Assembly: GCA_005893165.1 (NCBI GenBank)
Contig: VBOR01000030.1
Location: 354 to 64,353, forward strand
Length of the DNA: 64,000 bases
Direction: 5' to 3'
From: Candidatus Eiseniibacteriota bacterium
GTDB lineage: Bacteria; Eisenbacteria; RBG-16-71-46; SZUA-252
Each line of letters begins with the position of its first letter. Positions within the stretch are counted from its first letter, which is position 1. The position numbers and the translations under genes are program-made. The notes under the pieces were generated by a model. That model did not search any database and had not been told where the DNA came from. It was given only the letters and a program-made list of their open reading frames with translations. Positions 1 to 9,249 of the stretch are shown here, piece by piece.

Positions 1-884
1 TGAAGGCGTTGCGGGAAGAGGTCTCGGACAAGACCGCGGCGCTCATGCTCACGAACCCGAACACGCTCGGAATCTTCGAGCGCCAGGTCGGGGAGATCGC
101 GCGCATCGTGCACGACGCGGGCGCGCTCCTCTACCTGGACGGAGCGAACCTGAACGCGCTCGTCGGGCTCGCCAGCCCGGGCGCGATGGGATTCGATTTC
201 GCGCACATCAACCTCCACAAGACCTTCTCCACGCCGCACGGCGGCGGGGGTCCCGGAGGGGGCGTGCTCTGCGTCCGCGAGGAGCTGGCGCCCTTCCTTC
301 CGACCCCCGTGCTGGAGCGCACCGGCGAGCGCTACTCTTGGAATTACGACCGGCCGCGATCGATCGGGCGCGTCCACTCGTACTACGGAAATTTCGGCAT
401 GCTGGTGCGGGCGCTCTGTTACGTGAAGAGCCTTGGCGCCTCGGGGCTCGCCGAGGTGAGCCGCGAGGCCATCCTGAACGCCAATTATCTGAAAGCGCGC
501 CTCCGCGAGGCGTACACGCCTTCCCACGAGGGGTACTGCATGCATGAGTTCGTGCTCTCCGCCTCGAAGCAGAAGGCGCGAGGCGTGCGCGCGCTGGACA
601 TCGCGAAGCGCATCCTGGATTTCGGCATGCACGCGCCGACCACCTACTTTCCGCTCATCGTGGACGAGGCGCTGATGGTCGAGCCGACCGAGACGGAGAC
701 GAAGGCGGGTCTCGATGCCTACGCCGACGTGCTGCTCACGATCGACCGGGAGACGAAGAAAGATCCGGAGCGCGTGAAGGAGGCCCCGACCCAGACCCCG
801 GTGCGCCGCCTGGACGAGGCGCGCGCGGCGCGGAAGCTGGTCCTGACGTGGCGGGACCTCGAGGCAGAGGGTGCCGGCGCCTGA
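1..884 (+). CDS. glycine dehydrogenase (decarboxylating), C-terminal (subunit 2 / GcvPB-type) region; 5'-truncated at window edge
   Basis: Frame 3 is open from nt 3 and translates to ...NLHKTFSTPHGGGGPGGG..., the hallmark motif of the glycine-cleavage P-protein PLP domain. Stop at 882-884. Confidence 0.85.
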   Translation, partial: KALREEVSDKTAALMLTNPNTLGIFERQVGEIARIVHDAGALLYLDGANLNALVGLASPGAMGFDFAHINLHKTFSTPHGGGGPGGGVLCVREELAPFLPTPVLERTGERYSWNYDRPRSIGRVHSYYGNFGMLVRALCYVKSLGASGLAEVSREAILNANYLKARLREAYTPSHEGYCMHEFVLSASKQKARGVRALDIAKRILDFGMHAPTTYFPLIVDEALMVEPTETETKAGLDAYADVLLTIDRETKKDPERVKEAPTQTPVRRLDEARAARKLVLTWRDLEAEGAGA

Positions 885-1398
885 GACGACGGTTCCCGCG
901 TCCGCGGAGCCCGCGGCCAGGGAAGCGCTGGAGTGGTCCGTATGGCCGGCGCGCGAGCGGCCCTGGGCCGCCGGCGTGCTGCTCGCCTCGCTCGCGGTGC
1001 TGGCACTCCTGATCGTCCAGGCCACGGGGGACCGGGTGCTGGCCGTGGCGGCGCCGGTGTTTATCCTGATATCGGTCGGCTCGTTCATCTCGAGGACGCA
1101 CTACCGGCTCACGGCCCACGGGATCGAGGTGAAGGCGCTGGGGGTTTCCCGGGCGCGGCCGTGGGGAGAAATGCGCCGGGCGATCGTGGATGAGAACGGC
1201 GTCTTCCTGAGCCCGTTCGAGCAACGCAACTGGCTGGAAGCGTACCGAGGGGTGCGGCTTCCTTTCGGAGGGAATCGAGATCAAGTCCTGGCGTTTGTGG
1301 AATCGAAGCTCCCGGTCGTCGAGGGGCGCGGAGGATCCGGCGCGGGACGAAAGACCCGGCCCCGGCGCTCCGGTTCCTCCCCGGACGGCGGAGGATGA
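871..1398 (+). CDS. hypothetical membrane protein
   Basis: 175-aa ORF overlapping the gcvP stop by 14 nt, with hydrophobic segments (LLASLAVLALLIV, VFILISVGSF). No recognisable family. Confidence 0.45.
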   Translation: MPAPETTVPASAEPAAREALEWSVWPARERPWAAGVLLASLAVLALLIVQATGDRVLAVAAPVFILISVGSFISRTHYRLTAHGIEVKALGVSRARPWGEMRRAIVDENGVFLSPFEQRNWLEAYRGVRLPFGGNRDQVLAFVESKLPVVEGRGGSGAGRKTRPRRSGSSPDGGG

Positions 1399-1441
1399 GG
1401 CGCTCCTGGACAAGCTCGCGGATCTGACGGTGCGCCACCGG

Positions 1442-1717
1442 ATGACGGTGCCCGCGATCTTCTTTCTGGAGTCGGTGAAGCCCCTCTCCTTCGTGGGGAG
1501 TCAGGCCCTTCATTTCTTCGAGCCCATGGTGAACGCCTTCTTCCAGATGCGGGACTACGAGCGCTTCGCGATCTTGATGGAGCGTCGCGAGAATCTGGAA
1601 GTCTTGCTCGTGAAGATCGAGGCCCGGGACGACGCGGCGCGGCAGGAGGAGCGGGCCGTGCGTGAGCGCGAGCGCGCCGAGCGCGCGGCGCGCAAGCGGG
1701 GAAAGGACTCTTCGTGA
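1442..1717 (+). CDS. hypothetical small protein (alternative starts ATG 1295 or GTG 1430)
   Basis: Frame-2 ORF with coding-like C-terminal 92 aa (MTVPAIFFLESVKPLSFVGSQALHFFEPMVNAFFQMRDYERFAILMERRENLEVLLVKIE...). Its stop overlaps the GTG start of the downstream gene (GTGA). The 1295 ATG would overlap the upstream ORF by about 100 nt. Confidence 0.4.
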   Translation: MTVPAIFFLESVKPLSFVGSQALHFFEPMVNAFFQMRDYERFAILMERRENLEVLLVKIEARDDAARQEERAVRERERAERAARKRGKDSS

Positions 1718-3576
1718 GCCCCATCGATCCCGAGAAGCTGAACTCGGTCCTCGCGACCGACTGTGGCAGCACCACGACCAAGGCGATCCTGATCGAGCGC
1801 CGCGGCTCCGAGTATCGGCTCATCGTCCGCGGCGAAGCGCCCACCACGGTGGAGGCGCCGTTCGAGGACGTCACCCGCGGCGTGCTCAACGCGATCATGG
1901 AGGTGGAGGAGCTGGCCGGGCGGAAGATCCTGGACGGCGAGCGCATCATCACGCCCCAGAAGGGAACCGAAGGGGTGGACCTCTACATCTCCACCTCGAG
2001 CGCCGGCGGCGGACTCCAGATGATGGTCTCGGGCGTGGTGAAGAGCATGACCGGCGAGAGCGCGCAGCGCGCGGCGCTCGGCGCGGGCGCGATCGTGATG
2101 GACGTGATCGCGTCGAACGACGGGCGGCTGCCGCACGAGAAGATCAAGCGCATCCGGCACCTCCGCCCCGACATGATCCTCCTCTCCGGGGGCGTGGACG
2201 GCGGCACCACTTCGCACGTGGCGGAGATGGCGGAGCTTCTGGCGGCGGCGGATCCCAAGGCGCGGCTCGGCGCAGGGTACGAGCTGCCGGTGATCTACGC
2301 GGGCAACAAGGACGCGGTCGGGATCGTGAAGGAGCGGCTGGGGAAGAAGGTCGCGCTGGTGATCACGGACAATCTCCGGCCGGTGCTCGAGCGCGAGAAC
2401 CTGGGGCCCGCCCGCGACAAGATCCACGATCTCTTCATGGAGCACGTCATGGCGCACGCTCCCGGATACCGGAAGCTCATGACCTGGAGCCCGGTCCCGA
2501 TCATGCCGACGCCGGGCGCGGTGGGGCTCATCATCGAGACCATCGCCCGCGAGGGAGGGATCCAGGTCATCGGCGTGGACATCGGCGGGGCCACGACCGA
2601 CGTGTTCTCGGTCTTCCAGGGTGTGTTCAACCGCACGGTGAGCGCCAACCTCGGAATGAGCTACAGCGTGAGCAACGTGCTCGCCGAGGCGGGCCTCGCC
2701 AACATCCTCCGCTGGGTTCCGTTCGAGATCGAGGAGCGGGATCTCCGGAACCGGATCAAGAACAAGATGATCCGTCCCACCACGATTCCGCAGTCCCTCG
2801 AGGAGCTCATCATCGAGCAGGCCATCGCGAGGGAAGCGCTGCGGCTCGCCTTCGAGCAGCACAAGTCGCTCGCGGTGGGGCTCAAGGGAGTACAACAAGA
2901 ACGCACCATCTCCGACACGTTCGAGCAGACCCAGAGCGGGGAGACGCTGGTGCGCCTGGATCAGCTGGATCTCCTGGTCGGGAGCGGCGGCGTGCTCTCG
3001 CACGCGCCGCGGCGCGCCCAGGCCGCGCTCATGATGCTGGATGCCTTCCTGCCCGAGCACGTCACGGAGCTCGCCGTGGATTCGATCTTCATGATGCCTC
3101 AGCTCGGCGTGCTCTCCACGGTGCATCCGCGGGCCGCGAAGGAGGTCTTCGAGAAGGACTGCCTCATCCGTCTGGGTTCGGCGGTGGCGCCCGTGGGCCC
3201 GGGAAGGGACGGAGTGACCGCCCTGAGCGTCACCCTCGAGATGCCGGGCGGGAAGCGGGAGGAGCTCTCGGTCCCCTATGGGTATCTCCGCCTCATCCCG
3301 CTGGAGCTGGGGGAAACGGCGAAAGCGACGCTCCGCCCTGAGAAGGGGCTGGACGTCGGCGAGGGCAAGGGGAGGGAGCGCGTGGTCACGCTGAAGGGAG
3401 GCGTGGTCGGCCTGATGTTCGACGCGCGGGGCCGGCAGCCGTTCCGGCTTCCGGAGGATCGCGCGGCGCGCATCGCGAAGCTGAACCAGTGGAACGAAGC
3501 GCTGAGCATCTATCCTCCGCGAGACGCCGCGAAGATCTCGGAGGCGAACCTCCGTCCCGTCGAGGCGGGGGCCTGA
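1714..3576 (+). CDS. glutamate mutase L (MutL/GlmL)-like ASKHA-family ATPase (reactivase-like), 620 aa
   Basis: GTG start. N-terminal DCGSTTTKAILIE is an actin-fold phosphate-1-like motif similar to GlmL/MutL proteins (D-F-G-S-T-Y-T-K). The long ORF has coding-like composition. No glmS/glmE nearby. Confidence 0.6.
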   Translation: MSPIDPEKLNSVLATDCGSTTTKAILIERRGSEYRLIVRGEAPTTVEAPFEDVTRGVLNAIMEVEELAGRKILDGERIITPQKGTEGVDLYISTSSAGGGLQMMVSGVVKSMTGESAQRAALGAGAIVMDVIASNDGRLPHEKIKRIRHLRPDMILLSGGVDGGTTSHVAEMAELLAAADPKARLGAGYELPVIYAGNKDAVGIVKERLGKKVALVITDNLRPVLERENLGPARDKIHDLFMEHVMAHAPGYRKLMTWSPVPIMPTPGAVGLIIETIAREGGIQVIGVDIGGATTDVFSVFQGVFNRTVSANLGMSYSVSNVLAEAGLANILRWVPFEIEERDLRNRIKNKMIRPTTIPQSLEELIIEQAIAREALRLAFEQHKSLAVGLKGVQQERTISDTFEQTQSGETLVRLDQLDLLVGSGGVLSHAPRRAQAALMMLDAFLPEHVTELAVDSIFMMPQLGVLSTVHPRAAKEVFEKDCLIRLGSAVAPVGPGRDGVTALSVTLEMPGGKREELSVPYGYLRLIPLELGETAKATLRPEKGLDVGEGKGRERVVTLKGGVVGLMFDARGRQPFRLPEDRAARIAKLNQWNEALSIYPPRDAAKISEANLRPVEAGA

Positions 3577-3579
3577 GCG

Positions 3580-4707
3580 ATGGCGCACTCCTACACCCCC
3601 GGGCTCAAGGTGACCGGGTCGACGACGCTCCGGCGGGAGCGGAAGCTCCCTCTGCCCGGAGACGTGCTCGTCCAGGTCGGGCAGCGCGTCTCGGCCAGCG
3701 ACATCGTCGCGCGCACCCAGCTGCCCGGCAACGTGCAGGCCGTGAACGTCGCGAATCTTCTCGGCGTCCTTCCCGAGGACGTGGAGGAGTTCCTCACGAA
3801 GCCGGTCGGGAGCCACGTCGAGAAGGGAGAAGTGTTCGCGGAGAGCAAATCCTTCTTCGGCCTCTTCCGGTCCAAGTGCCACGCCCCGGTCCAAGGATCC
3901 ATCGAGAGCGTCTCGAAGGTGACCGGGCAGGTGCTCCTCCGCGAGGAGCCGATTCCGGTGGAGGTGGACGCCTACGTGGACGGGACGATCGTGGAGGTCC
4001 ACCCGCGCTCCGGCGTCACCGTCGAGACGCGGGGTGCCTTCATCCAGGGGATCTTCGGCGTCGGGGGCGAGACGTGCGGCGAGCTCCGCGTGAGCGTCTC
4101 CGGTCCCGAGGCGCCGCTCGAGGAGCGCGCGTTCGACGCCTCCTCGCGCGGGAAGGTCATCGTGGGGGGCGCGTACGTCACGACGGCCGTGCTCCGGAAA
4201 GCGATCGCGCAGGGAGTGAAGGCCGTGGTGGTGGGCGGATTCGACGATCACGATCTTCGCCAGCTCCTGGGGTACGACCTCGGGGTGGCCATCACCGGGT
4301 CCGAGGAGCTGGGCATCACGCTCATCGTGACCGAGGGATTCGGCTCGATTCCCATGGCCTCGAGGACCTTCGAGCTCCTGCGCTCCTGCGAAGGGCGCCA
4401 CGTGTCCGTGAGCGGCGCGACCCAGATCCGGGCCGGCGTGCAGCGCCCGGAGATCGTGGCCCCGGCGGCGGACGGAGCGGGAGCGCGGGAAGGAGCGCAC
4501 GATTCGGTCGAGGGCGGCTTGAAGACCGGGGATATGGTGCGGGTCATCCGCCAGCCCTACTTCGGACGGATCGGTAAGGTCACGGCGCTGCCACCCGAGC
4601 TGATGCCCCTCGAAACGGAAGCCAGGGTTCGCGTGCTGGAGGTGGATTTCGGAAACGGCTCCCGGACCCTTCTGCCCCGGGCGAACGTCGAAATGATCGA
4701 GTCGTGA
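3580..4707 (+). CDS. hypothetical protein with C-terminal KOW-like motif
   Basis: 375-aa ORF 3 nt after the upstream stop. The C-terminus GDMVRVIRQPYFGRIGKVTALP...VRVLEVDF resembles a KOW (NusG/L24-type) motif. Confidence 0.65.
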   Translation: MAHSYTPGLKVTGSTTLRRERKLPLPGDVLVQVGQRVSASDIVARTQLPGNVQAVNVANLLGVLPEDVEEFLTKPVGSHVEKGEVFAESKSFFGLFRSKCHAPVQGSIESVSKVTGQVLLREEPIPVEVDAYVDGTIVEVHPRSGVTVETRGAFIQGIFGVGGETCGELRVSVSGPEAPLEERAFDASSRGKVIVGGAYVTTAVLRKAIAQGVKAVVVGGFDDHDLRQLLGYDLGVAITGSEELGITLIVTEGFGSIPMASRTFELLRSCEGRHVSVSGATQIRAGVQRPEIVAPAADGAGAREGAHDSVEGGLKTGDMVRVIRQPYFGRIGKVTALPPELMPLETEARVRVLEVDFGNGSRTLLPRANVEMIES

Positions 4708-4719
4708 GCCGCTTGCGGC

Positions 4720-4748
4720 TTGACAACACTGCGTTCCGGGCCTACCGT
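4720..4748 (+). promoter_or_regulatory. sigma70-like promoter (TTGACA-17 bp-TACCGT) upstream of the 4796 membrane-protein operon
   Basis: Perfect -35 TTGACA at 4720-4725, a 17-nt spacer, and -10 TACCGT at 4743-4748, about 48 nt before the GTG start at 4796. An AGAGGAA RBS lies 11 nt upstream of the start. Confidence 0.4.
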
Positions 4749-4795
4749 CCGCCTCGAAGCGTCGCCGTTACACCCCCTAGAGGAATCGCCTCGGC

Positions 4796-5908
4796 GTGAA
4801 GAAATTCGCAGCCTGGATCCTCCTGCTGGTCCTCGGCGCTTCCTCCACCCCGGCATTTGGATTTCCCCTCAAGGCCGTCGATACACCCAACGACAAAGGC
4901 AACGACATCACCCTGAGCTGGCCCGCGCCGCCGCATCCTCCGCAGCAGTGGGTGGTGCTGCGCGTCGAGCCGGGCAAGAGCTTCGCGGCCATCGACACGA
5001 TCGGCGGGGAGCTGACCGGTTTCACGGACGAGACCGCGAAGAACGGCGTGAAGTACCGGTACCGGCTCGCAGGCCTCGGCGCGGGGGGTGCCGGTCTCTT
5101 CAGCGACTACTCGCAGGAGGCGGTCGCGGAGCCGAGCTGGTTCGATACCGGAAAGCGGAACGTCTTCATCGTGATCACCCTGTTCCTCGCCCTGGTGCTC
5201 TACTACATCGGGCAGGCCCAGCGCGGGAAGATCTGGAATTTCCGACCCATCGCCGGTCTCGCGGCGATCGAGGAAGCGATCGGCCGCTCCACCGAGATGG
5301 GGAAGGGGGTCCTCTACGTCCCCGGCGTGCAGGACATCGACGACATCCAGACGATCGCGAGCATGATCATCCTGGGCAACGTCGCGCGGATGACCGCGAA
5401 GTACGAGACGCCGCTCATGGTTCCCGCCAACTCTCCCGCCGTGTACACGGTCGCGGACGAGGTGGTGAAGGGAGCGTATTCGGACGTGGGACGCGCCGAC
5501 GCCTACCGCTCCGACCTGGTCCGGTACATCACGAGCGAGCAGTTCGCCTACGTGGCGGCCGTGAACGGCATGATGCTGCGCGAGCGCCCGGCCGCGAACC
5601 TCCTCCTCGGAGCGTTCTTCGCCGAGTCGCTCCTCCTCGCGGAGACGGGGCACGAGACGGGGGCCATCCAGATCGCGGGCACCGCCAACGTCCACCAGCT
5701 GCCCTTCTTCGTCGTCGCCTGCGACTACACGCTGATCGGGGAGGAGTACTACGCCGCCAGCGCCTATCTCTCGAAGGACGCGCGGCTCCTCGGGAGCCTC
5801 AAAGCCTCCGACACGGTCAAGATCCTCTTGATCCTCACGATCGTCCTCGGCTGCGTTCTTCTGACCCTCGGCAGCCCCGGCCTGGCCGAGTTCTTCGCCA
5901 CCCAGTGA
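4796..5908 (+). CDS. exported or membrane-anchored protein with an N-terminal FN3-like domain, two TM segments and a central globular domain
   Basis: GTG start. The signal peptide MKKFAAWILLLVLGASSTPAFG is followed by DITLSW...YRYRL (fibronectin-III-like), a TM segment FIVITLFLALVLYYI and a C-terminal TM segment ILLILTIVLGCVLLTL. Confidence 0.75.
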   Translation: MKKFAAWILLLVLGASSTPAFGFPLKAVDTPNDKGNDITLSWPAPPHPPQQWVVLRVEPGKSFAAIDTIGGELTGFTDETAKNGVKYRYRLAGLGAGGAGLFSDYSQEAVAEPSWFDTGKRNVFIVITLFLALVLYYIGQAQRGKIWNFRPIAGLAAIEEAIGRSTEMGKGVLYVPGVQDIDDIQTIASMIILGNVARMTAKYETPLMVPANSPAVYTVADEVVKGAYSDVGRADAYRSDLVRYITSEQFAYVAAVNGMMLRERPAANLLLGAFFAESLLLAETGHETGAIQIAGTANVHQLPFFVVACDYTLIGEEYYAASAYLSKDARLLGSLKASDTVKILLILTIVLGCVLLTLGSPGLAEFFATQ

Positions 5909-5918
5909 GGCCGAACGC

Positions 5919-6560
5919 ATGAAGCGCGAAATCCCTCTCCTGATCTCGATGGCCGCGGGGATCTTCGTGCTCATCGGCTTCTTCGTGCCCCATCCCGCCA
6001 TCCGGAACACCTACGACGACATCCAGCAGTGGGTGATCATCGTCGTGGCGTTCACCTATGTGCTGGGGATGGCAAATCTCATGCGCATCAACACGGAGCA
6101 GATCCAACGGCGGGCGAAGGACTGGCCGTACAAGCTGGCGCTCGTGCTGAGCCTGGTCGGCACCATGATCGTGGGCTTCTTCTTCTCGCGCGGGAGCCAC
6201 TACCTGGATGACAGAACCGGCTTCTCCTGGATCTATCTCACCTTCTATTCCTCGATGTCCTCGACCATGTTCTCGCTCCTGGCGTTCTTCATCGCCTCGG
6301 CCGCGTTCCGCGCGTTCCGCGTCCGGTCGGTCGAAGCCCTCCTCCTCGCGATCGCGGCGCTCATCCTCATGATCGGCCGCGTGCCGATCGGCAACGCGAT
6401 CCATCCGGCCATTCCGCAAATCGCCGACTGGCTCATGGAAATCCCACAGAACGCCGCCAAGCGCGGGATTCTCATGGGAGCGGCGCTGGGGGTCATCGCC
6501 ACCGGGTTCCGGGTGATCCTCGGGATCGAGCGGACGTACGGCTCGGAGGGCGGCGGGTGA
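5919..6560 (+). CDS. polytopic integral membrane protein, unknown family
   Basis: 213-aa ORF 10 nt downstream of the previous gene, with several hydrophobic helices. Confidence 0.7.
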   Translation: MKREIPLLISMAAGIFVLIGFFVPHPAIRNTYDDIQQWVIIVVAFTYVLGMANLMRINTEQIQRRAKDWPYKLALVLSLVGTMIVGFFFSRGSHYLDDRTGFSWIYLTFYSSMSSTMFSLLAFFIASAAFRAFRVRSVEALLLAIAALILMIGRVPIGNAIHPAIPQIADWLMEIPQNAAKRGILMGAALGVIATGFRVILGIERTYGSEGGG

Positions 6561-7399
6561 TCGCCTTCCTCGCGAATTTGCGCCGGCTCGACCGCCGGTG
6601 GATCTTCCTCATGGTCGGCCTGCTCGTCGTGGCTCCGCTCCTGACCGGCTTCCACATCGCTCCGGTGAAGCCGGGCTCCCGCGCGAAAGGATTCTACGAC
6701 GCGATCGAGAAGCTGAAGCCGGGCTCCACGGTGCTCCTCGCGGGGGATTACGACCCCGGCACCATCGCCGAGAACTACCCCATGCACCTCGCCGCCGCCC
6801 GGCAGCTCATGGCGCGGAACATCAAGATCATCGGGGTGGAGCTGTACCCCGGAGGCCCTCCGCTCGCGGACCAGGTGCTGCACCTCGCCGGAGCCGAATA
6901 CAAAAAGCGCGAGGGCTACGACTACGTGAACCTTGGATACAAGTCCGGGAACGAGGCGGTGATGTCGGCCATGGGAAGCGCGGGGATCCCGCGCACCTAC
7001 CCCGCGGACCGGAGCGGAACCCCCGTCGGACGAATCCCGGTGATGAAGGGAATCGAGAACTTCAGCCAGATCGCGATGATCGTGAGCGTCAGCGCGCGAT
7101 ATCCCGGGACCAAGGAGTGGGTGCAGCAGGTGGTCTCGCGATACCACGTGCCGATGATCGCGGGGGTCACGGCGGTGAGCGCGCCCGAATACTATCCCTA
7201 CCTCCAGGCCGGGCAGCTCCAGGGCCTCCTCGGGGGGATGGCAGGGGCCGCGGAGTACGAGGTCCTCGTGAACCACCCGGCCCTCGCGACGCGCGGGATG
7301 GACGCGCAGTCCCTGGCCCACATCTTCATCGCGCTCATGATCCTCCTCGGCAACCTGGCCGCGCTCCCGCAGCGCTCGCCCGGGGCGAGGCAATCGTAG
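6557..7399 (+). CDS. membrane-anchored protein (N- and C-terminal TM helices flanking a globular domain), unknown family
   Basis: 280-aa ORF with a 4-nt overlap with the upstream gene. It has the TM segments FLMVGLLVVAPLL and IFIALMILLGNLAAL. Confidence 0.7.
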   Translation: MIAFLANLRRLDRRWIFLMVGLLVVAPLLTGFHIAPVKPGSRAKGFYDAIEKLKPGSTVLLAGDYDPGTIAENYPMHLAAARQLMARNIKIIGVELYPGGPPLADQVLHLAGAEYKKREGYDYVNLGYKSGNEAVMSAMGSAGIPRTYPADRSGTPVGRIPVMKGIENFSQIAMIVSVSARYPGTKEWVQQVVSRYHVPMIAGVTAVSAPEYYPYLQAGQLQGLLGGMAGAAEYEVLVNHPALATRGMDAQSLAHIFIALMILLGNLAALPQRSPGARQS

Positions 7400-7400
7400 C

Positions 7401-7922
7401 GTGCACCTGAGCCACGATATCGGGATCTGGATCGCGGCGCTCCTCACGCTCGGGATCTACAGCTTCCTCTACAAGGACAATCCCGCCTACAAACTCTGTG
7501 AGCACCTGTTCGTCGGCGTCTCGGCGGGATATTACGTCGTGCTCATGTATTTCTCGGTCGTGAAGCCCAATCTCCTCGACCCGCTCTTCACCGTCTATCC
7601 GGCGCTGCGCATCACCGGATTCGGCCAGGGAGATCTGGTGGAGCAGATCCACGGAACCATGCTGCCGCTCTGGGTGCGCGGGAACCTGGGCACGACGATC
7701 GGGAACTGGCTCCTGGTGGGCGGGCTGCTGACCACGCTCATTTTTTTCTTCTTCTCGAAGGAGCACAAGGGGGCGCTCGGGGGAGCGGCGAGGATCGGCG
7801 TCTATTTCCTGATGGTGAGCTTCGGGGCTTCGTACGGATACACCGTGATGGCGCGTATCTCGCTCCTGATCGGACGTGTCATGTTTCTTCTTCATGATTG
7901 GCTGGGGGTGCTTCACCTCTAG
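7401..7922 (+). CDS. polytopic integral membrane protein, unknown family
   Basis: 173-aa ORF starting 2 nt after the upstream stop. It is hydrophobic throughout. Confidence 0.7.
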   Translation: MHLSHDIGIWIAALLTLGIYSFLYKDNPAYKLCEHLFVGVSAGYYVVLMYFSVVKPNLLDPLFTVYPALRITGFGQGDLVEQIHGTMLPLWVRGNLGTTIGNWLLVGGLLTTLIFFFFSKEHKGALGGAARIGVYFLMVSFGASYGYTVMARISLLIGRVMFLLHDWLGVLHL

Positions 7923-7939
7923 CGGGAGAGTCACCCGCC

Positions 7940-8788
7940 GTGCGTTCGCCGTCCGCGTTCTACCGCCTCCCGCACCTCGTTGGATCCGGGTCCTGGCACA
8001 TGGCTGCGGACGAGGCACTCTTGTCGTGGGCCTCCCGCGGCCCCACCCGCCTCGTCTTTCGAACCTATGCGTGGAACCGCCCCACGTTGAGCCTGGGGCG
8101 TACCGAGCGCTATCCCGAGGGCTGGGATGAGGGCGCGCTCGAGCGGGAGGGGATCGCGGTGGCGCGGCGGCCCACGGGTGGTGGCGCGGTGCTCCACGCC
8201 GAGGAGGTGACGTTCGCCCTGGCGGCCAGCGTCCCCGGGCCGTGGAGGCTGACGCCCCGGGGGTTCTCGAACAGGGCGGCGGAGGCCCTGTCCGCGGCAC
8301 TTCACGCATGCGGGCTGGCCGGCTCCCGCGTGGCGGAAGAAAGCTCGCGGGCGGTGCTCGATCCGGCCCAGCGTCCCGACGCCTCGAGCGCACGCGAGAG
8401 GACGCTCTGTTTCGCGAGGAGCGATCCGGGCGAGGTCGAGGCCAAAGGCTACAAGGTGGCCGGGCTCGCCTCGCGGTTCGGGCGCGCCGGCGCGCTCTGT
8501 CATGCTTCCGTTCCCCTGACCCGCCGCTCCCGCTCGATCGCCGAATTTCGGACCCGCTCGTTCCGCGAGCGCGAGGCGCTGGAGGGGCACGCGCGCTCCG
8601 TCGGGGAGCTTCTCGGAGCGCATCCGGCGGAGCTCGAGTCCCTGGGCAAGGCGATCGCCGCGGCCCTGGAGGCGGAGATCTCCCGGCGATTCCATGCGCT
8701 TCTCCTGCCCGCGTCCCTTGCGGACGTTGGAATCCTCGAGCATCCCGCCGCCGCGGTGGACGCGATGGCCGTTCCGGTCGCTCCATGA
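7940..8788 (+). CDS. lipoate-protein ligase / octanoyltransferase family protein (BPL/LPL catalytic domain)
   Basis: The RRPTGGGAVLH motif is typical of the LplA/LipB/BirA catalytic fold, and the N-terminus WHMAADEALL resembles LplA. GTG 7940 is chosen as the start; the listed ORF opens at 7898. Confidence 0.7.
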   Translation: MRSPSAFYRLPHLVGSGSWHMAADEALLSWASRGPTRLVFRTYAWNRPTLSLGRTERYPEGWDEGALEREGIAVARRPTGGGAVLHAEEVTFALAASVPGPWRLTPRGFSNRAAEALSAALHACGLAGSRVAEESSRAVLDPAQRPDASSARERTLCFARSDPGEVEAKGYKVAGLASRFGRAGALCHASVPLTRRSRSIAEFRTRSFREREALEGHARSVGELLGAHPAELESLGKAIAAALEAEISRRFHALLLPASLADVGILEHPAAAVDAMAVPVAP

Positions 8789-9249
8789 GCTGGGCGGAGG
8801 GCGGACGCGTGGGTTGGGTCGCGCTCACGGTCTACGCGATCGCGATGGCGTTCGTCGAGGCGGCATGCGTTGTGACGCTGAAGCAGCTCTACGTCCCGGG
8901 GGCCTGGGCTCCCCCCTTTCCGCCCCTTCCCGCGGCGGGACTCCGGCTCGAGCAGGCGCGCGAGATCGCGACCCTGATCATGATCGGCGCCGTGGCCGCG
9001 CTGGGCCGCCCGCCTCTCCGGGTCGTGCTGGCGCGCGGCCTCTGGGTGTTCGGTCTTTGGCTCCTTTTCTATTACGCTTTTCTCGAGATCGTGACGGGGT
9101 TCCCGGGGAGTCTCGCGGATCCCGACCTTGTATTTCTGGTGCCCCGGCCGTGGATCGCGCCTGTGTGGTTCGCGTGCCTGGTCTCGATCGTCTGCGCGGC
9201 GTTCGCGCGGATTCTGTCCCGAAAGGGAGGAGGTCGTACTCATGGCTGA
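8785..9249 (+). CDS. small integral membrane protein
   Basis: ATG at 8785 overlaps the upstream stop (ATGA). The 154-aa product has 4 predicted TM helices. Its 3' end overlaps the cspA start by 8 nt. Confidence 0.55.
   Translation: MSWAEGGRVGWVALTVYAIAMAFVEAACVVTLKQLYVPGAWAPPFPPLPAAGLRLEQAREIATLIMIGAVAALGRPPLRVVLARGLWVFGLWLLFYYAFLEIVTGFPGSLADPDLVFLVPRPWIAPVWFACLVSIVCAAFARILSRKGGGRTHG

Noticed and set aside
1662-3341. 559-aa + strand ORF in an alternative frame of the MutL-like gene
   Set aside because: It is His/Arg/Gly-rich nonsense, whereas the frame at 1714 gives an ASKHA motif and balanced composition.
1555-4500. 981-aa minus-strand ORF (and many similar antisense ORFs such as 4742-6010, 11492-13141, 13490-15121, 17497-19584, 29150-30796, 30004-31833, 35621-37798, 38403-41966 and 41765-44299)
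   Set aside because: Their translations are Arg/Gly/Pro-rich and low-complexity, typical of shadow ORFs in 70% GC DNA. In every case the opposite strand encodes a recognisable conserved protein (MutL-like, gpmI, sppA, glgC, purH, guaA, Slt, secA, topA).
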